A stretch of DNA of 64,000 bases. Source: Candidatus Latescibacterota bacterium. GTDB taxonomy: Bacteria > Latescibacterota > UBA2968. The notes below the pieces were generated by a model that saw only the letters and a list, made by a program, of their open reading frames with translations, did no database searches and was not told the DNA's origin. Of the stretch, positions 28,394-39,584 are shown piece after piece (position 1 is the first letter of the stretch; the number at the start of each line of letters is the position of its first letter). The stretch is taken from positions 4,288,001-4,352,000 of the forward strand of contig OZ242010.1 in assembly GCA_965204745.1 (NCBI GenBank), written 5' to 3'. A program made the position numbers and the translations under genes.

Positions 28394-30073
28394 TTACTCC
28401 AATTCCGTCGCATCTCGAATCGCGTACCGATAGCCCTGTTCCGTGAGAAAGGTCTGCCGGTTGCGGGCAAATTCTTGTTCGCGGGTGTCGCGGGTGACGA
28501 GCGTGTAAAAGTGGGCCATGCCCCCATCGGATTTGGGGCGCAGGATGCGACCGAGGCGTTGCGCTTCTTCTTGGCGCGAGCCATAGGTACCGGAAATCTG
28601 AATGGCGACACTCGCATCCGGCAGGTCGACGGCAAAATTGGCGACTTTGGACACGACGAGGAGCGAGAGTTCGCCCCGCCGAAACGCCTCGTACATGCGG
28701 TCGCGGTCTTCGGTCGGAGTCTTGCCCATAATCACGGGCGCGCCGAGTTCTCGGGCCACTTGTTCGACTTGGCGGATGTATTGTGCGATGACCAGAATTT
28801 GTTCGCCCTGGTGCTTTGCGATCAGGTGTTTGATCAACGGGATTTTGTCCACATTTTCAGATGCCATGCGAAACTTGGCGTGTCCATCTGCTACCGCGTA
28901 GTCGAGCCGCCGGCCCTTTGGCAGGGGCAGGCGAATTTCACAGCATTCCGCGGTCGCAATCCACCCGCTCGATTCGAGTTCGCGCCAGGGCACGTCGTAG
29001 CGTTTGGGGCCGATCAGGGAAAAAACATCGGTTTCCAAACCGTCTTCGCGCACGAGCGTGGCGGTCAATCCCAAACGCCGGCGGGATTGCAATTCCGCGG
29101 TGAAGCGAAACACGGGCGCGGGCAAGAGATGCACCTCATCGTAAATAATCAACCCCCAGTTGCCCTCGTTGAACAGCCCGAAATGCGGGAACTCGCCATC
29201 TCGGGTTTTGCGATAGGTCAAGATATTGTACGTGGCAATGGTGATGGGCCGAATCTCTTTGCGCTCCCCGGAATATTCGCCGATCTGCTCGGGGGTCAGG
29301 CTGGTTTTGTCCAAGAGCTCTGCTTTCCACTGCCGAGACGCCGTGATGTTGGTGGTCAAAATCAGGGTCTCGCACTGAAGCGCGTTCATCGCGGCCATGC
29401 CCACGATGGTCTTGCCCGCGCCGCACGGCAAAACCACTGTGCCGCTGCCGCCGTCCGGGCCTCCGCCCGCGTGGAAAATATCCACGGCCTCGCGCTGGTA
29501 ATCGCGCAGCGCGAACGCACGGCCCGACAGGGCGATTTTGCGATGCTGAAATGCGAGGGTTCTGCCCGTGAGATAGCCCGCGCGGTCTTTGACCGGGAAC
29601 CCGATGCGCGTGAGGGCTTGTTTGAGATGCCCCCGGTACATGGGCGAAACCCGGATGCGGTGCGCGTCGAGCCGTTTTTCCAAATAGGGCTGGACGAGTT
29701 TGTGGCGGCAAATTTCGACGATGATCAACGGGTCTTCAGAAGACAGGATGAGCGCGCCATTTTCCCTGTCGAGATGCACCTTGCCATACCGGCTCATGGC
29801 CTCGCGGATTTCGACGCCCACATTTTGCGGAATCTCGTACTTGCCGTAGGTCTCGAGGGTGGCGATGATTTCCTCGGTGGTGACGCCTGCCGCGGCCGCA
29901 TTCCACAGCGAGAGGGGGTTGATCCGGTACGTGTGCATGTGCTCCGGGCTTTTCTCCAACTCGGCAAACCGCACGAGTCGGTCGCGCGCCGCTTCGTAGT
30001 GGGGCGAATTGACCTCCACGAGCACGGTGAGATCGCTCTGGATGATGAGGGGATTTTCGGGTTTGTAGTTCAT
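28394..30073 (-). CDS. XPB/Rad25-like DNA repair helicase
   Basis: N-terminal EKSPEHMHTYRI domain, LPCGAGKT, DEVH, QRLGRILR. Confidence 0.95.
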   Translation of the reverse strand: MNYKPENPLIIQSDLTVLVEVNSPHYEAARDRLVRFAELEKSPEHMHTYRINPLSLWNAAAAGVTTEEIIATLETYGKYEIPQNVGVEIREAMSRYGKVHLDRENGALILSSEDPLIIVEICRHKLVQPYLEKRLDAHRIRVSPMYRGHLKQALTRIGFPVKDRAGYLTGRTLAFQHRKIALSGRAFALRDYQREAVDIFHAGGGPDGGSGTVVLPCGAGKTIVGMAAMNALQCETLILTTNITASRQWKAELLDKTSLTPEQIGEYSGERKEIRPITIATYNILTYRKTRDGEFPHFGLFNEGNWGLIIYDEVHLLPAPVFRFTAELQSRRRLGLTATLVREDGLETDVFSLIGPKRYDVPWRELESSGWIATAECCEIRLPLPKGRRLDYAVADGHAKFRMASENVDKIPLIKHLIAKHQGEQILVIAQYIRQVEQVARELGAPVIMGKTPTEDRDRMYEAFRRGELSLLVVSKVANFAVDLPDASVAIQISGTYGSRQEEAQRLGRILRPKSDGGMAHFYTLVTRDTREQEFARNRQTFLTEQGYRYAIRDATELE

Positions 30074-30095
30074 GATCGTAGTGGAGCGTGAGGTA

Positions 30096-31793
30096 TCATT
30101 CATCTTTTTTTCGCGCAACTGTCACATAATACGCGCCCGCGAGGCGATTGCCATCGTCATCGAGCCACCACGATTGCAAAGTCGCAGGGCCGCGCGGCAA
30201 ATCCACTGTAAAAGAGGCAAAGCGATCATCGGAGCGCACGTCTATCGCCCGTTCGACCTCGCCAATTTGCATCCACGCCCGCGCCACGGGCAGGGCTTTG
30301 CCCGGCATCAACGCGCCGTCGACGCCTTCCATCACAGGGGCTGCTGCTGAAATTGCAAGGCCGGATTCTTCGGGCCAGCGGCGCAAGGCGATTTCGTATT
30401 TGCCCGCTTGTTCCACCGCGAGTTGCCACACACCGCTGTCCATCACGCACCCGCGCACCCCGCTGGGATTGTCGCAATAGACCCCCATCCAATCGCAACT
30501 GGACAACCGCGTGGGGTTTTCCGCAGTTGAGCCGATGGCGATGGGAAAGTAATGGCCGAGATTTTCGCCCACCTCGTCCCACCACGCCTCGTAGTGCGCC
30601 CGCATCGCTTGCACGACATCGGGGTGTTGCTCGGCGATATTCCGCGCTTGCCCGGGGTCGGCATCGAGGTGGTACAGTTCGGCATCATCCACCAACCGCC
30701 AGCGGTTCCAAATCACCGCGGCATTGCCCTGGCGCGTGGTTCGGTTGCCCGTTGGCACGAGGTGCCCGTATTGCACGACGAACATTCTGTCTGCCAATTC
30801 GTCTTCCCCGCGCAAAAGGCCGCCCAGGGAAACCCCGTCAAAAGCCGCGTCTTCGGGCGCGTCCAAGCCGCACAGGGAAATCAGGGTCGGCAACACGTCC
30901 GTGCCGTGCGCGGGACTGGGAATGTCGCGCGGGTTGCCCAACGCCCCATCGGGCCAACGCACGAAAAACGGCACGCGATGCCCGCCCTCGTACAGCGTGG
31001 TCTTTTTGCCGCGCATGCCCGCGTTGTACACGGACTCGCCCGTTGCAGTGCCATTATCGGTCATGAAAATCAACAGGGTATTGTCGCGCAACCCGGTTTC
31101 TGTGAGAACCGCATCCAACTTGCCCATGTTCTCGTCGATATTCGCGATCATCCCGTAAAAACTGGCGACATTGTAAGGCACCTGCGCGAGGTAGGGCTGG
31201 CGATACTCGTCGGGCACCCACAGCGGGGTATGGGGCGCGTTGGTGGCGATGTACGCGAAAAACGGCGCGTCGCCCTGCGCTTTGATCCAGTCTATCGCCT
31301 CGTCGAACCACACATCCGTGCAGTATCCTTCAAACGCCTCTAGCGCGCCGTTGTGCCGATAGTGGTCGTCAAAATAATCATTGCCAAAATAATCCGCAAC
31401 CGACGTAATGCCCCACGCGGGATGGTGAATCGTTTCGTGAAATCCCCGATCTTGCGGGCGATACGGATAATTGTCGCCCAAGTGCCATTTTCCAAAATGG
31501 CCCGTGCGATACCCATTGCGGGCAAAAATATCCGCCATAGTCGGCAATTCCGGATTCATCAGCGACCGCCCCATGCACACAAATGTCGCGCCATTGCGAA
31601 GCGCGTCTTGCCCGGTCAACAATTCCCCGCGCGTGGGCGTACACATCGGCGCGACGTGAAAATCCGTGAACCGAACGCTCTCGGTGTATAGCGCGTCCAA
31701 ATGCGGCGTTTTGATGATCGGATTGCCATGGCAGGCCAAATCGCCATAGCCCTGATCATCTGTCAACACAAAAATCACATTGGGTTTGTCCAT
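30096..31793 (-). CDS. Arylsulfatase
   Basis: PNVIFVLTDDQG, CTPTR, GKWHLG. Confidence 0.95.
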   Translation of the reverse strand: MDKPNVIFVLTDDQGYGDLACHGNPIIKTPHLDALYTESVRFTDFHVAPMCTPTRGELLTGQDALRNGATFVCMGRSLMNPELPTMADIFARNGYRTGHFGKWHLGDNYPYRPQDRGFHETIHHPAWGITSVADYFGNDYFDDHYRHNGALEAFEGYCTDVWFDEAIDWIKAQGDAPFFAYIATNAPHTPLWVPDEYRQPYLAQVPYNVASFYGMIANIDENMGKLDAVLTETGLRDNTLLIFMTDNGTATGESVYNAGMRGKKTTLYEGGHRVPFFVRWPDGALGNPRDIPSPAHGTDVLPTLISLCGLDAPEDAAFDGVSLGGLLRGEDELADRMFVVQYGHLVPTGNRTTRQGNAAVIWNRWRLVDDAELYHLDADPGQARNIAEQHPDVVQAMRAHYEAWWDEVGENLGHYFPIAIGSTAENPTRLSSCDWMGVYCDNPSGVRGCVMDSGVWQLAVEQAGKYEIALRRWPEESGLAISAAAPVMEGVDGALMPGKALPVARAWMQIGEVERAIDVRSDDRFASFTVDLPRGPATLQSWWLDDDGNRLAGAYYVTVARKKDE

Positions 31794-31884
31794 CTACGCC
31801 CCGTCCTTTCCAAAAACCACATCATCGCCAAATCGCTTTCGGCCCTTTGCGGCAGGGCCGACAATATCCACCTTGCCCTGCCCA

Positions 31885-33297
31885 TCACGCAACGCCCCAG
31901 CCGGGATACTTATCGGGATCCGCGAATACCTGACCGAGATCGAGAAATCCTCTGGCGCCGCGTTTGCCGTACTCAAATGGGTCATGTGTCGCCTCCATCC
32001 AGCGGTGGAGGCGTTCTTCCATTTCTTCGAGCGCGGGGCGGGCCTCGGGCGTATGGGCGAGATTGACCATCTCCAAGGGATCGGCGGATCGGTCGAACAG
32101 CCACGGGCCGCGCTCATTGGCGTACCAACGCGCATAAGTATAATGCTCGGTGCGAACCCCGCGCCAACGGCCCACCCACCCCTCGCGGTTGGGCCAGCCG
32201 TGCGCCATGTTTTGGAGATACGCGGATTCCGATCCCCCGGGCGCGTGTTCGGGATCCGCGGGCGCGTCTTCGCCCTGCCACACGCCGGAAATATCGCGGC
32301 CTTGAAGCCCGTCGGGCAGGGGTAGGCCGCACGCGCCGAGCAGGGTTGGGACGAGATCTATCGCGCCGAAAAACGCCCGGCTCCGCACACCTGCCGGGAT
32401 CGCATCCGGCCAGCGCACCACAAACGGCACATGGATGGACTCTTCGTAAGGCGTGGCTTTGGAGGCGCGCATCGACTCGTGCAGCCAGCGGTCACTCGGC
32501 TTGCCATACCCGTGGCTCGACAGGTGGTCGCCGTGGTCAGATGTGTAACACACTATCGTATTATCCCGAATCCCAAAGCGGTCTAGCGCGTCCAACAGCC
32601 GCGCCATTTGGGCATCCAAGCCCGTGCAACACCCGTAGTAATCGGCAATTTCCCGGCGTGCAAAATCCACCATCTGCGGGGGCACATTGCCCGGCACATC
32701 CACCTCTGCGGGATCGTAAATCGCGTGTGCTTCGGGATATTGCGCGTAGGGCCAATGCGGGGGCCGCCACGACACGAACAGGGCAAAGGGATCGCCTGGA
32801 CGCGCCTCCAAATGCCGTTCCATGAAACGAATCGCCAAATCCGTCTCCACCTCGGGCGCCCAGCCCTCAAAAAACGTCGGCCCGGCTTCATTCTCGTAAT
32901 AACTGCGGTCAAAATACCCGCGCCCACCGTGCAGCGCGGCCAAATACTCCAGCCCGTAGCGATCTTCTTCTGCGTACGGCCCCTTGCCCAAGTGAAACGT
33001 GCCCACATGCGCGGTGCCATACCCACTTGCGCGCAAGGTCCCCGGCAGGGTCGGAATATCCCGGCGCGGGCGGTATTCATTGTCGATCACGAGATTCTGC
33101 CAGCCGTATCGCCCGGTCAACAAAATCGCCCGGTACGGGGAACACAGCGGATGGTTGGAAAACATGTTGTCGCACGCCATCCCCTCTGCCGCGAGCCCGT
33201 CCAATGCGGGCGTCTGAACAACGCGATTCCCATTGGCCCCCAACGCGCTATACCGCTGCTGGTCTGAAAAAACGAATAGGATATTTGGACGCTTCAT
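31885..33297 (-). CDS. Sulfatase
   Basis: PNILFVFSDQQR, CSPYR..LLTG, TSDHG. Confidence 0.93.
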   Translation of the reverse strand: MKRPNILFVFSDQQRYSALGANGNRVVQTPALDGLAAEGMACDNMFSNHPLCSPYRAILLTGRYGWQNLVIDNEYRPRRDIPTLPGTLRASGYGTAHVGTFHLGKGPYAEEDRYGLEYLAALHGGRGYFDRSYYENEAGPTFFEGWAPEVETDLAIRFMERHLEARPGDPFALFVSWRPPHWPYAQYPEAHAIYDPAEVDVPGNVPPQMVDFARREIADYYGCCTGLDAQMARLLDALDRFGIRDNTIVCYTSDHGDHLSSHGYGKPSDRWLHESMRASKATPYEESIHVPFVVRWPDAIPAGVRSRAFFGAIDLVPTLLGACGLPLPDGLQGRDISGVWQGEDAPADPEHAPGGSESAYLQNMAHGWPNREGWVGRWRGVRTEHYTYARWYANERGPWLFDRSADPLEMVNLAHTPEARPALEEMEERLHRWMEATHDPFEYGKRGARGFLDLGQVFADPDKYPGWGVA

Positions 33298-34574
33298 GGT
33301 TGTATCTCCTTTACCACCTCTGCAACCGCTTCAATCGTCTCGTCGATCGCGTCATCGGTATGCGCGGTGGATAGGAACCAGGCCCCGCGCTCGAGGGCGC
33401 GCACGCCGCGGTGGAGGAGGGCTTCGGTGAAGGCGACATACCGCTCGCGATCCGCTTGAAGCGCGCTGCGATAATCGGTCACGGGTGCGTGGACATCAAA
33501 GCCGACGTGGAAAATCTGCGGAAAACCCGCGACTCGCGCTTGGATATTCGCGTCTCGCAATGCCCGGCAGATGCCTTCCATGAGCCGCGTTCCCCGCGCG
33601 TGCAACACGTCGAACGCCTCCGGTTGTTTCAACGCGGTCAGGGTCGCAACCACCGCAGCCATAGACGCGGGTTGGGCATTGTACGTGCCCCCGTGCATCA
33701 CGTCTTGGACGAACAGGTCCATCAAATCCGCACGCCCGGCCAAACACGACACCGGAAACCCATTGGCAATCGCTTTGCCAAACACCGCCAAATCCGGCGT
33801 CACGCCAAAATATTGTTGCGCGCCGCCCGGCGCCACGCGAAACCCGGTGATCACCTCGTCAAAAATGAGCGCTGTTCCCGTGGCTGTGCAAACCTCCCTC
33901 ACGCCTTCCAAATAGCCTTCGCCCGGAAAAATCACACTCGCATTGCACATCGCAGGCTCCATGATCACCGCGGCCACATCGCCCCGCTTCAGACGCGCAC
34001 GCAGGAGATCCAGATCGTTCCACACGAGCACCTCGATGTGCGGGTCTGCCATTTGCCCCGCGCTGCCGGGAATGGGCGCGGGCGCGTCTATCGGGCCGCA
34101 TCGATCTGGCGAAGGCGCGACCGACCACAGCACATTGTCGAACCAACCGTGGTAATGTCCCTCAAATTTGACCACAACAGATCGGCCCGTGCCCGCACGC
34201 GCCAACCGCAACGCCGCTTGCACCGCTTCGCTACCCGCGCAGTTGAATCGCACCCGATCCGCGCACGGCACCATCTCGCAAACCAACCGGGCCGCGGCTT
34301 GCTCAACTTTGGTTTGCCCGGCAAAGAGAACACCCGAATCGAGTCGTTCTCGAACCGCAGCCAAGACCGATTGTGGGTTGTGCCCCAAAATCATCGGTCC
34401 CATGCCCAAGTAATAATCGATCAGCCGGTTGCCATCCACGTCGTAGAGATACGGCCCTTCGCCGCGTTCAAACACCAATGGTAGCATGCCCAACCGGAAA
34501 TTGCTGTTCACCCCGCCCGGCAAATAGCGAGCGGCTTCGGCGATCAAGCGTTTGGATTTTTCAAAACTTTTCAT
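33294..34574 (-). CDS. Class III aminotransferase (glutamate-1-semialdehyde aminomutase-like)
   Basis: PGGVNS, FEGHYHG, FDEVITGFR, FGKAIANG. Confidence 0.9.
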   Translation of the reverse strand: MKSFEKSKRLIAEAARYLPGGVNSNFRLGMLPLVFERGEGPYLYDVDGNRLIDYYLGMGPMILGHNPQSVLAAVRERLDSGVLFAGQTKVEQAAARLVCEMVPCADRVRFNCAGSEAVQAALRLARAGTGRSVVVKFEGHYHGWFDNVLWSVAPSPDRCGPIDAPAPIPGSAGQMADPHIEVLVWNDLDLLRARLKRGDVAAVIMEPAMCNASVIFPGEGYLEGVREVCTATGTALIFDEVITGFRVAPGGAQQYFGVTPDLAVFGKAIANGFPVSCLAGRADLMDLFVQDVMHGGTYNAQPASMAAVVATLTALKQPEAFDVLHARGTRLMEGICRALRDANIQARVAGFPQIFHVGFDVHAPVTDYRSALQADRERYVAFTEALLHRGVRALERGAWFLSTAHTDDAIDETIEAVAEVVKEIQP

Positions 34575-34639
34575 GGTTAACGGGCGGGTGAATGGGCCGC
34601 AGGGGTTGAATGATTCTGCGGCGTTCGGGCGTCAACCGC

Positions 34640-34796
34640 GCGAGCAAGGCTTCTGAAGGGCGATACCCGTAGCGATTGTTTCCCCAGGTCATAGCGATAG
34701 ATCAAATGCCCGGCCTTGACGCGCCTCACTGCGTCGCCGGCATCGAGAAACACCTCCACGCAAATCGAACAAATAATCTTCCACTTCAGTCGGCAT
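34640..34796 (-). pseudogene. Collapsed remnant of a PhyH-like dioxygenase
   Basis: MPTEVEDYLFDLRG start coupled to the upstream stop, then VEVFLDAGDA..IYRY in another frame. Confidence 0.45.
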
Positions 34797-36189
34797 CAAA
34801 TTTTTCCTCCCCATTCCTCTCAAAAATTGCCGTGGCAACCTGCATCGTTTCAGCCACAGCATTGCGGAGGTCCCCCTGGAGGTCGTGAACTTGGCGCGCG
34901 CAAGCGACGAGGCGTTCGCGCGGTTCGCCGCTTTTGAGCATGGGCAGGAGGAACTCCCGTTCAAAAATGGATTCTCTGATTTCCGGCTGGACAGCCGTTA
35001 TCGCGAGATAATAAACCTGCTTCCGAAACATTTCCGATGTGAAAATGCTCCACAACAGGAGTGCCTCTGCATGGGTTTCTGGGCGAATCGCAATAAACCC
35101 GGTCGTGACCAAGTGCCCATCAAACTCGGGCGGCACAATGACGGCAGTGCCCCGAGAGGAAATGTTCTTAGCCAACAAAACATCGTTGGTCTGCACCTGC
35201 AATCGCGCCCGGGTGGGCAGATTTTCAAAAAAATCCTCGCGGTAATTGACGATAGCCCCTTCTCGGGTCACGTCTCCGATCTCAAAATATCGAAAGAGTT
35301 TGCCCTCGCACGCCTCTCCTTCTCGTGCGGTCAACTTTGGCACAATACGAAAATCACTACCGGTTAGCAACTCGACGCGTCCTTCCACAGCGCGGGCTTG
35401 CAAATCGGCCCGCGTTCTCGCCAAATCCGGCGCGTAGTAAAACGCATCCAACCGCTTGGGATCGAGTTCGTCCGCAGGCACGACAAACGTCTGGAAAGGA
35501 CAGCCCAAGTTCTCATTCTGAACCGCGTTGGGTTCAAACACTTCGATGATCTCCCCTTTCATCCGCCAGTGATTCCAGACCTCTGTCAGCCGCGGGATGT
35601 TATTTCGTTCAGGTGTGTAACGCTGATAGTCGTCATGGCCCACATTGTTGAGTATGCCCATGAAAACCGCGCCTTGTTCGTCGTTTTTGTTTTCGCGTTT
35701 CACAAGGTGAATGATGGACGTTTGCACCCCGGCTTGTGCCTGCAAAAAAGTATTGAACGGCAAAGCGATGACTTGGCGGACGATAAAATTTTCCAAAATA
35801 TAATCGCGGTATGTCTGGCTGTTCTCGCCATTGAGAACGGTGTTGTCGATCACCGTGAGCAACTCACCGCCAGGGTTGAGAAGCTCGCAATACCGCTCGA
35901 GAAACAAAACATTGGATTTCGTACTGCTCTCGCGCTTCCCATTCTTGGTGACAGCGATTTCGTATTGATCCAGCATCCGCCTCTCGTCGTCATTTTTGCG
36001 TTGGTACGAGATGCTGAACGGCGGGTTGGTCAGCACGACGTCAAATTTGCGACGCTCAAAAATTAAAAGTTGTTGGAGTTCTTTGACCTCGTTGGTCCTC
36101 TCCAGCGATAAGCCGGTGGGCGGCAGAAGTTCGCCATCGAGGGTATCGGCCACAAATACCGTACTGCCCCCGTCTCCGTGCAAATACAT
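34786..36189 (-). pseudogene. N-terminally truncated N6-adenine DNA methyltransferase with a C-terminal specificity (TRD-like) domain
   Basis: Begins at MYLHGDG and has LTNPPF and LFLERY..LNPGG, but no SAM-binding motif I. HsdS-like LPTRAR...TTGF at the C-terminus. Confidence 0.75.
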
Positions 36190-36202
36190 ATCGTTCCCTA
36201 TC

Positions 36203-37171
36203 CTATTGCGTTGTTGTCTTGGACTGATCCTGGTCGAGTTCCATTGTTCGCACGCGCGTGGAAACATCTTTGAGGATGAGGCGGTTGGTGGCAATGAGAT
36301 CGGCGACAATGCCGGTGAGGAACATCTGGAACCCGGCGAGCAGGAGAATGGCCGCGAGGATGAGCGATTGAATGTGGAGTTCGCCCTCGTCGGTAAAAAA
36401 GAAAAAATAGAGAAACCGAAACCCGAGCAACGCGCCCGCGGAAAATGTGACCGCGCCAAACGCGAAAAAAATCCGCAGGGCTTTGTAGCACGCGTACGTC
36501 CGTAGGGAAATCTCGCCCGACTTAAAGACAAATTCCCCTAAATTTGTGAACAGGCGCGATTCGCGCGTTTTGGGATTGGTGCGAATGGGCACGATTTCAA
36601 TGGCGAGGTGGTCTTGCCCTGCTTGCACGACTTGCTCGGCGGTGTGATCAAAATCCGTGAATATCAACAAATGCAGGGCCGCATCCCGGGAAAATGCGCG
36701 AAACCCACAGGCGACATCGGGCACCTCAATCTGGGCGAGGCGGCTGATCACGCGGCTACCGAGCCACTGGAGCCATCGCTTCAAAAAAGAAAAGTGGTCG
36801 ATGCTGCTCGTTTGCCGATCCCCAATGACCATGTGGGCGCGCTTGTCGAGAATGGGTTGCACGAGCGCGGCAATATCGCCGCCGTAATACTGGTTGTCGC
36901 CATCCGTGTTGACGATGATATCCGCGCCGAGTTTGAGGCAGGTGTCAAAGCCCACCTTGAAGGCATGCCCCAAGCCGCGATTTTTGGGGAACGTGACGAC
37001 GTGATCCACGCCGAGTTCCCGCGCCACTTCAGCCGTGCGGTCATCCGACCCGTCGTCAATGACCAAGATCTCGACTTTGTCAATGCCGGGGATAGCACGC
37101 GGAATATCCTCGATCGTCGCGGGCAGGGTTTCTTCTTCGTTGAGGCAGGGAATTTGGACGATGAGTTTCAT
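36203..37171 (-). CDS. Glycosyltransferase family 2 (polyprenol-phosphate type) with two C-terminal TM helices
   Basis: IPCLNEE, DDGSDD, NTDGDNQY. Confidence 0.93.
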   Translation of the reverse strand: MKLIVQIPCLNEEETLPATIEDIPRAIPGIDKVEILVIDDGSDDRTAEVARELGVDHVVTFPKNRGLGHAFKVGFDTCLKLGADIIVNTDGDNQYYGGDIAALVQPILDKRAHMVIGDRQTSSIDHFSFLKRWLQWLGSRVISRLAQIEVPDVACGFRAFSRDAALHLLIFTDFDHTAEQVVQAGQDHLAIEIVPIRTNPKTRESRLFTNLGEFVFKSGEISLRTYACYKALRIFFAFGAVTFSAGALLGFRFLYFFFFTDEGELHIQSLILAAILLLAGFQMFLTGIVADLIATNRLILKDVSTRVRTMELDQDQSKTTTQ

Positions 37172-37298
37172 GTTGGGACCTGGGGATTAGGGGTTGGCGT
37201 GTATTCGTTTCTTGACGAAATCAAAGACATTTGGTCACATGGAAATCGCGTCACTCATCCGCATCCAACAGACGCTAAACGTCATTTAGACTGCACAT

Positions 37299-37643
37299 CT
37301 ATGGCGTCAGACCCGTGCGTACTAGGTCAATAATTGTTTCTATAATTTGCCTGAACGCATCCGGGTTTAAGGTACCGACTTGGGTTTTAATGAGATTGCG
37401 GTTGGCAGTGAACAATTTTCCCGAACGGACATAGCTCACTAGATGTAACGATCCTATGGAAAAACTGGCGTTGGTCAATGCAATAGCTCGCCTATCACCA
37501 TAGGGGCGGCTCGTGATTTGGCAGAGAATCCAATCGCCTCGATCCACAGATGCAATCGCCACCGCAGGTCTCAATTTCGCTTGTGACAAATCGGAAAACG
37601 GAAAAGGCACTAAGACGACGGCACCTGTTGCAAGTGTGACCAT
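37299..37643 (-). CDS. PemK/MazF family toxin
   Basis: GAVVLVPFPFSD...KLRPAV...CQITS. Confidence 0.9.
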   Translation of the reverse strand: MVTLATGAVVLVPFPFSDLSQAKLRPAVAIASVDRGDWILCQITSRPYGDRRAIALTNASFSIGSLHLVSYVRSGKLFTANRNLIKTQVGTLNPDAFRQIIETIIDLVRTGLTP

Positions 37644-37831
37644 GCGGCATCCTCCTCGGGACGATTCCAGTCTTCAGCAAGCGCGGCTTCACTCAGCAAC
37701 GCCGTGTCGGGAATATCCGGGGCATCGGCGAGGATGGTCACAAATGCGCGGCGTGGCGCTGGCAACTGGAGCGGCTCCAGCAACTGTACGTTGCCTTGTT
37801 CGTCAATCGTAGCTTCAATGGTTTTCAGCAC
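37610..37831 (-). CDS. Putative antitoxin
   Basis: Small acidic ORF overlapping the toxin start; SEAALAEDWNRPEEDAAW tail. Confidence 0.78.
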   Translation of the reverse strand: MLKTIEATIDEQGNVQLLEPLQLPAPRRAFVTILADAPDIPDTALLSEAALAEDWNRPEEDAAWSHLQQVPSS

Positions 37832-37895
37832 TGTTTCTCCTTTCTACCCGCACAGCCTTGATTTCCGCTTGGATTTCTTTGTGTTGATGAGCGAC

Positions 37896-39575
37896 TCAAT
37901 CGCCGAAAATCGCGGCGGATGCAGCGGCGGCGCGGGCCGTGCGCTCTTCGGCGGACAGATCGCCCATCGCCTTGTAAAAGGCTTCGTCGTAATTGCGGGT
38001 CTTGATCACCACGGGCATGGGCACGGCATGCCCGAACACGAGGGCCTGCTGTTTGGAATCGAGACTCGCCAACACGCTTCGCAAGCCCGCGGCATTGGAT
38101 ACGCCCGTCAACACGCCTTGAATGTCTTTTTCGTCGTTGAGCAAGGCCGTGATCTTCGTGCCGAGTTGCGAGAGCACTTCCTCGTCAATGCCCGAAGGTC
38201 GCTGGTCAACGACGAGGAGGGAGACGTAGTATTTCCGCATCTCTCGGGCGATGGTGCCAAAAATGGTCTGTTTTGCCGTGGCCGGGTTGAGAAACTTGTG
38301 CGCTTCTTCGATGGTGATGACCAAGTGCCGGGGTTGGTCTTCGGTCTTTTGCGATGCGTAAAACTTTTCGCTCTTGGTGACGTACTGCTCGTGAATGCGC
38401 CGCGAGAGAATATTCGCCACGAGCAAATACGCGAGCATACTCGTCTGCCGCCCAAATTCGAGCACGATGTGAATGCCGCGGTCGATGTAGTCCATCATCG
38501 TATCCACCGCGTCCGCGCTGTCGAGGTGATCGACCATAAAGGGGAAATTGTCGATGCGCTTGAGCTTGCGATGCAAGGCGGACAGCGAGCTTTTGTTCGC
38601 GCCGATATCCTCGGCGAATTGCTCGACATCCGGGCCATCGACAGAGAGCAACTGCCGTAGCCAGCGGTTTTTGTACATCGCATAGACGAGATAGGCCGAT
38701 TCGGCAGCCGTGGGATTGAGTTGCAACTCGTCTTGCAGTGCGATCACATCCTCCACCGCGATTTGATCGTAGGCGATGTACACCTCGTGATCGGGCTGAA
38801 TCCCGCGCTGCCGGGACGATTCCGGATCCAGAGAAAACAGGGCGACTTGATTGCCGAACAACTGCTTGAGGCCCTTGACAAAACTGCTTCCCCCCTGCCC
38901 GCCGCCCTCTTTCATCGCGCGAAACCCGTACTCGTTGTGCATGTCAAAAATGAGATTGACGGCCTTCTCGTTCTTGATCAGGCCGCACAATACCAAGCGC
39001 GTGAGAAAGGATTTGCCCGTGCCGGTCTTGCCAAAAATGCCATTGCTGCGCTCGACAAACCGGTTGAGATTGATGCACACCGGCGTGTCCATGTCCAACG
39101 GCGTGCCCATGTTGAAAAACCGGTCGTCCTTTTCCTCACTGCCAAACACGCGCGACACATCTTCCTCGTCGGCCTCCACGACTTTGGAAAAATGACTCGG
39201 AATGGTCTTGACCGGGCGCGGCTCATCCACGATTTCCTCGCCCTGTTCGAGCATGAGCATGGGCCGCAACGCGACCGTGACGTACGTGCTCGACCCATTG
39301 AGCACGCTGTGCAACAACTGGTCCCCGTCGCGGGGCGGGTAGAGCAAAATGTCGGGATTGGTGGCATCGAGGGTCAAATCCGTGATCATCGAGAAGAACT
39401 GATTTTTATACCCCTCGATCACCACGAACTTGCCGGCTTTGACGTCCTCAACGCTGCGGTTGGGGTTGAGTTTCATCTCGACGCCCTCGGTCAAAGACCC
39501 GCGCGTGACAACGCCAATTTCGCCGATGGTCTGAATATCCGGCGACCCGTTGAGATTGTTCCAGAGATCGTTCAT
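37896..39575 (-). CDS. herA: HerA/DUF87 ATPase
   Basis: N-terminal HAS barrel, GKTGTGKS, FDMHNEY, IEEAH, REMRKY, QRPS. Confidence 0.9.
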   Translation of the reverse strand: MNDLWNNLNGSPDIQTIGEIGVVTRGSLTEGVEMKLNPNRSVEDVKAGKFVVIEGYKNQFFSMITDLTLDATNPDILLYPPRDGDQLLHSVLNGSSTYVTVALRPMLMLEQGEEIVDEPRPVKTIPSHFSKVVEADEEDVSRVFGSEEKDDRFFNMGTPLDMDTPVCINLNRFVERSNGIFGKTGTGKSFLTRLVLCGLIKNEKAVNLIFDMHNEYGFRAMKEGGGQGGSSFVKGLKQLFGNQVALFSLDPESSRQRGIQPDHEVYIAYDQIAVEDVIALQDELQLNPTAAESAYLVYAMYKNRWLRQLLSVDGPDVEQFAEDIGANKSSLSALHRKLKRIDNFPFMVDHLDSADAVDTMMDYIDRGIHIVLEFGRQTSMLAYLLVANILSRRIHEQYVTKSEKFYASQKTEDQPRHLVITIEEAHKFLNPATAKQTIFGTIAREMRKYYVSLLVVDQRPSGIDEEVLSQLGTKITALLNDEKDIQGVLTGVSNAAGLRSVLASLDSKQQALVFGHAVPMPVVIKTRNYDEAFYKAMGDLSAEERTARAAAASAAIFGD

Positions 39576-39584
39576 GGGAAAATG

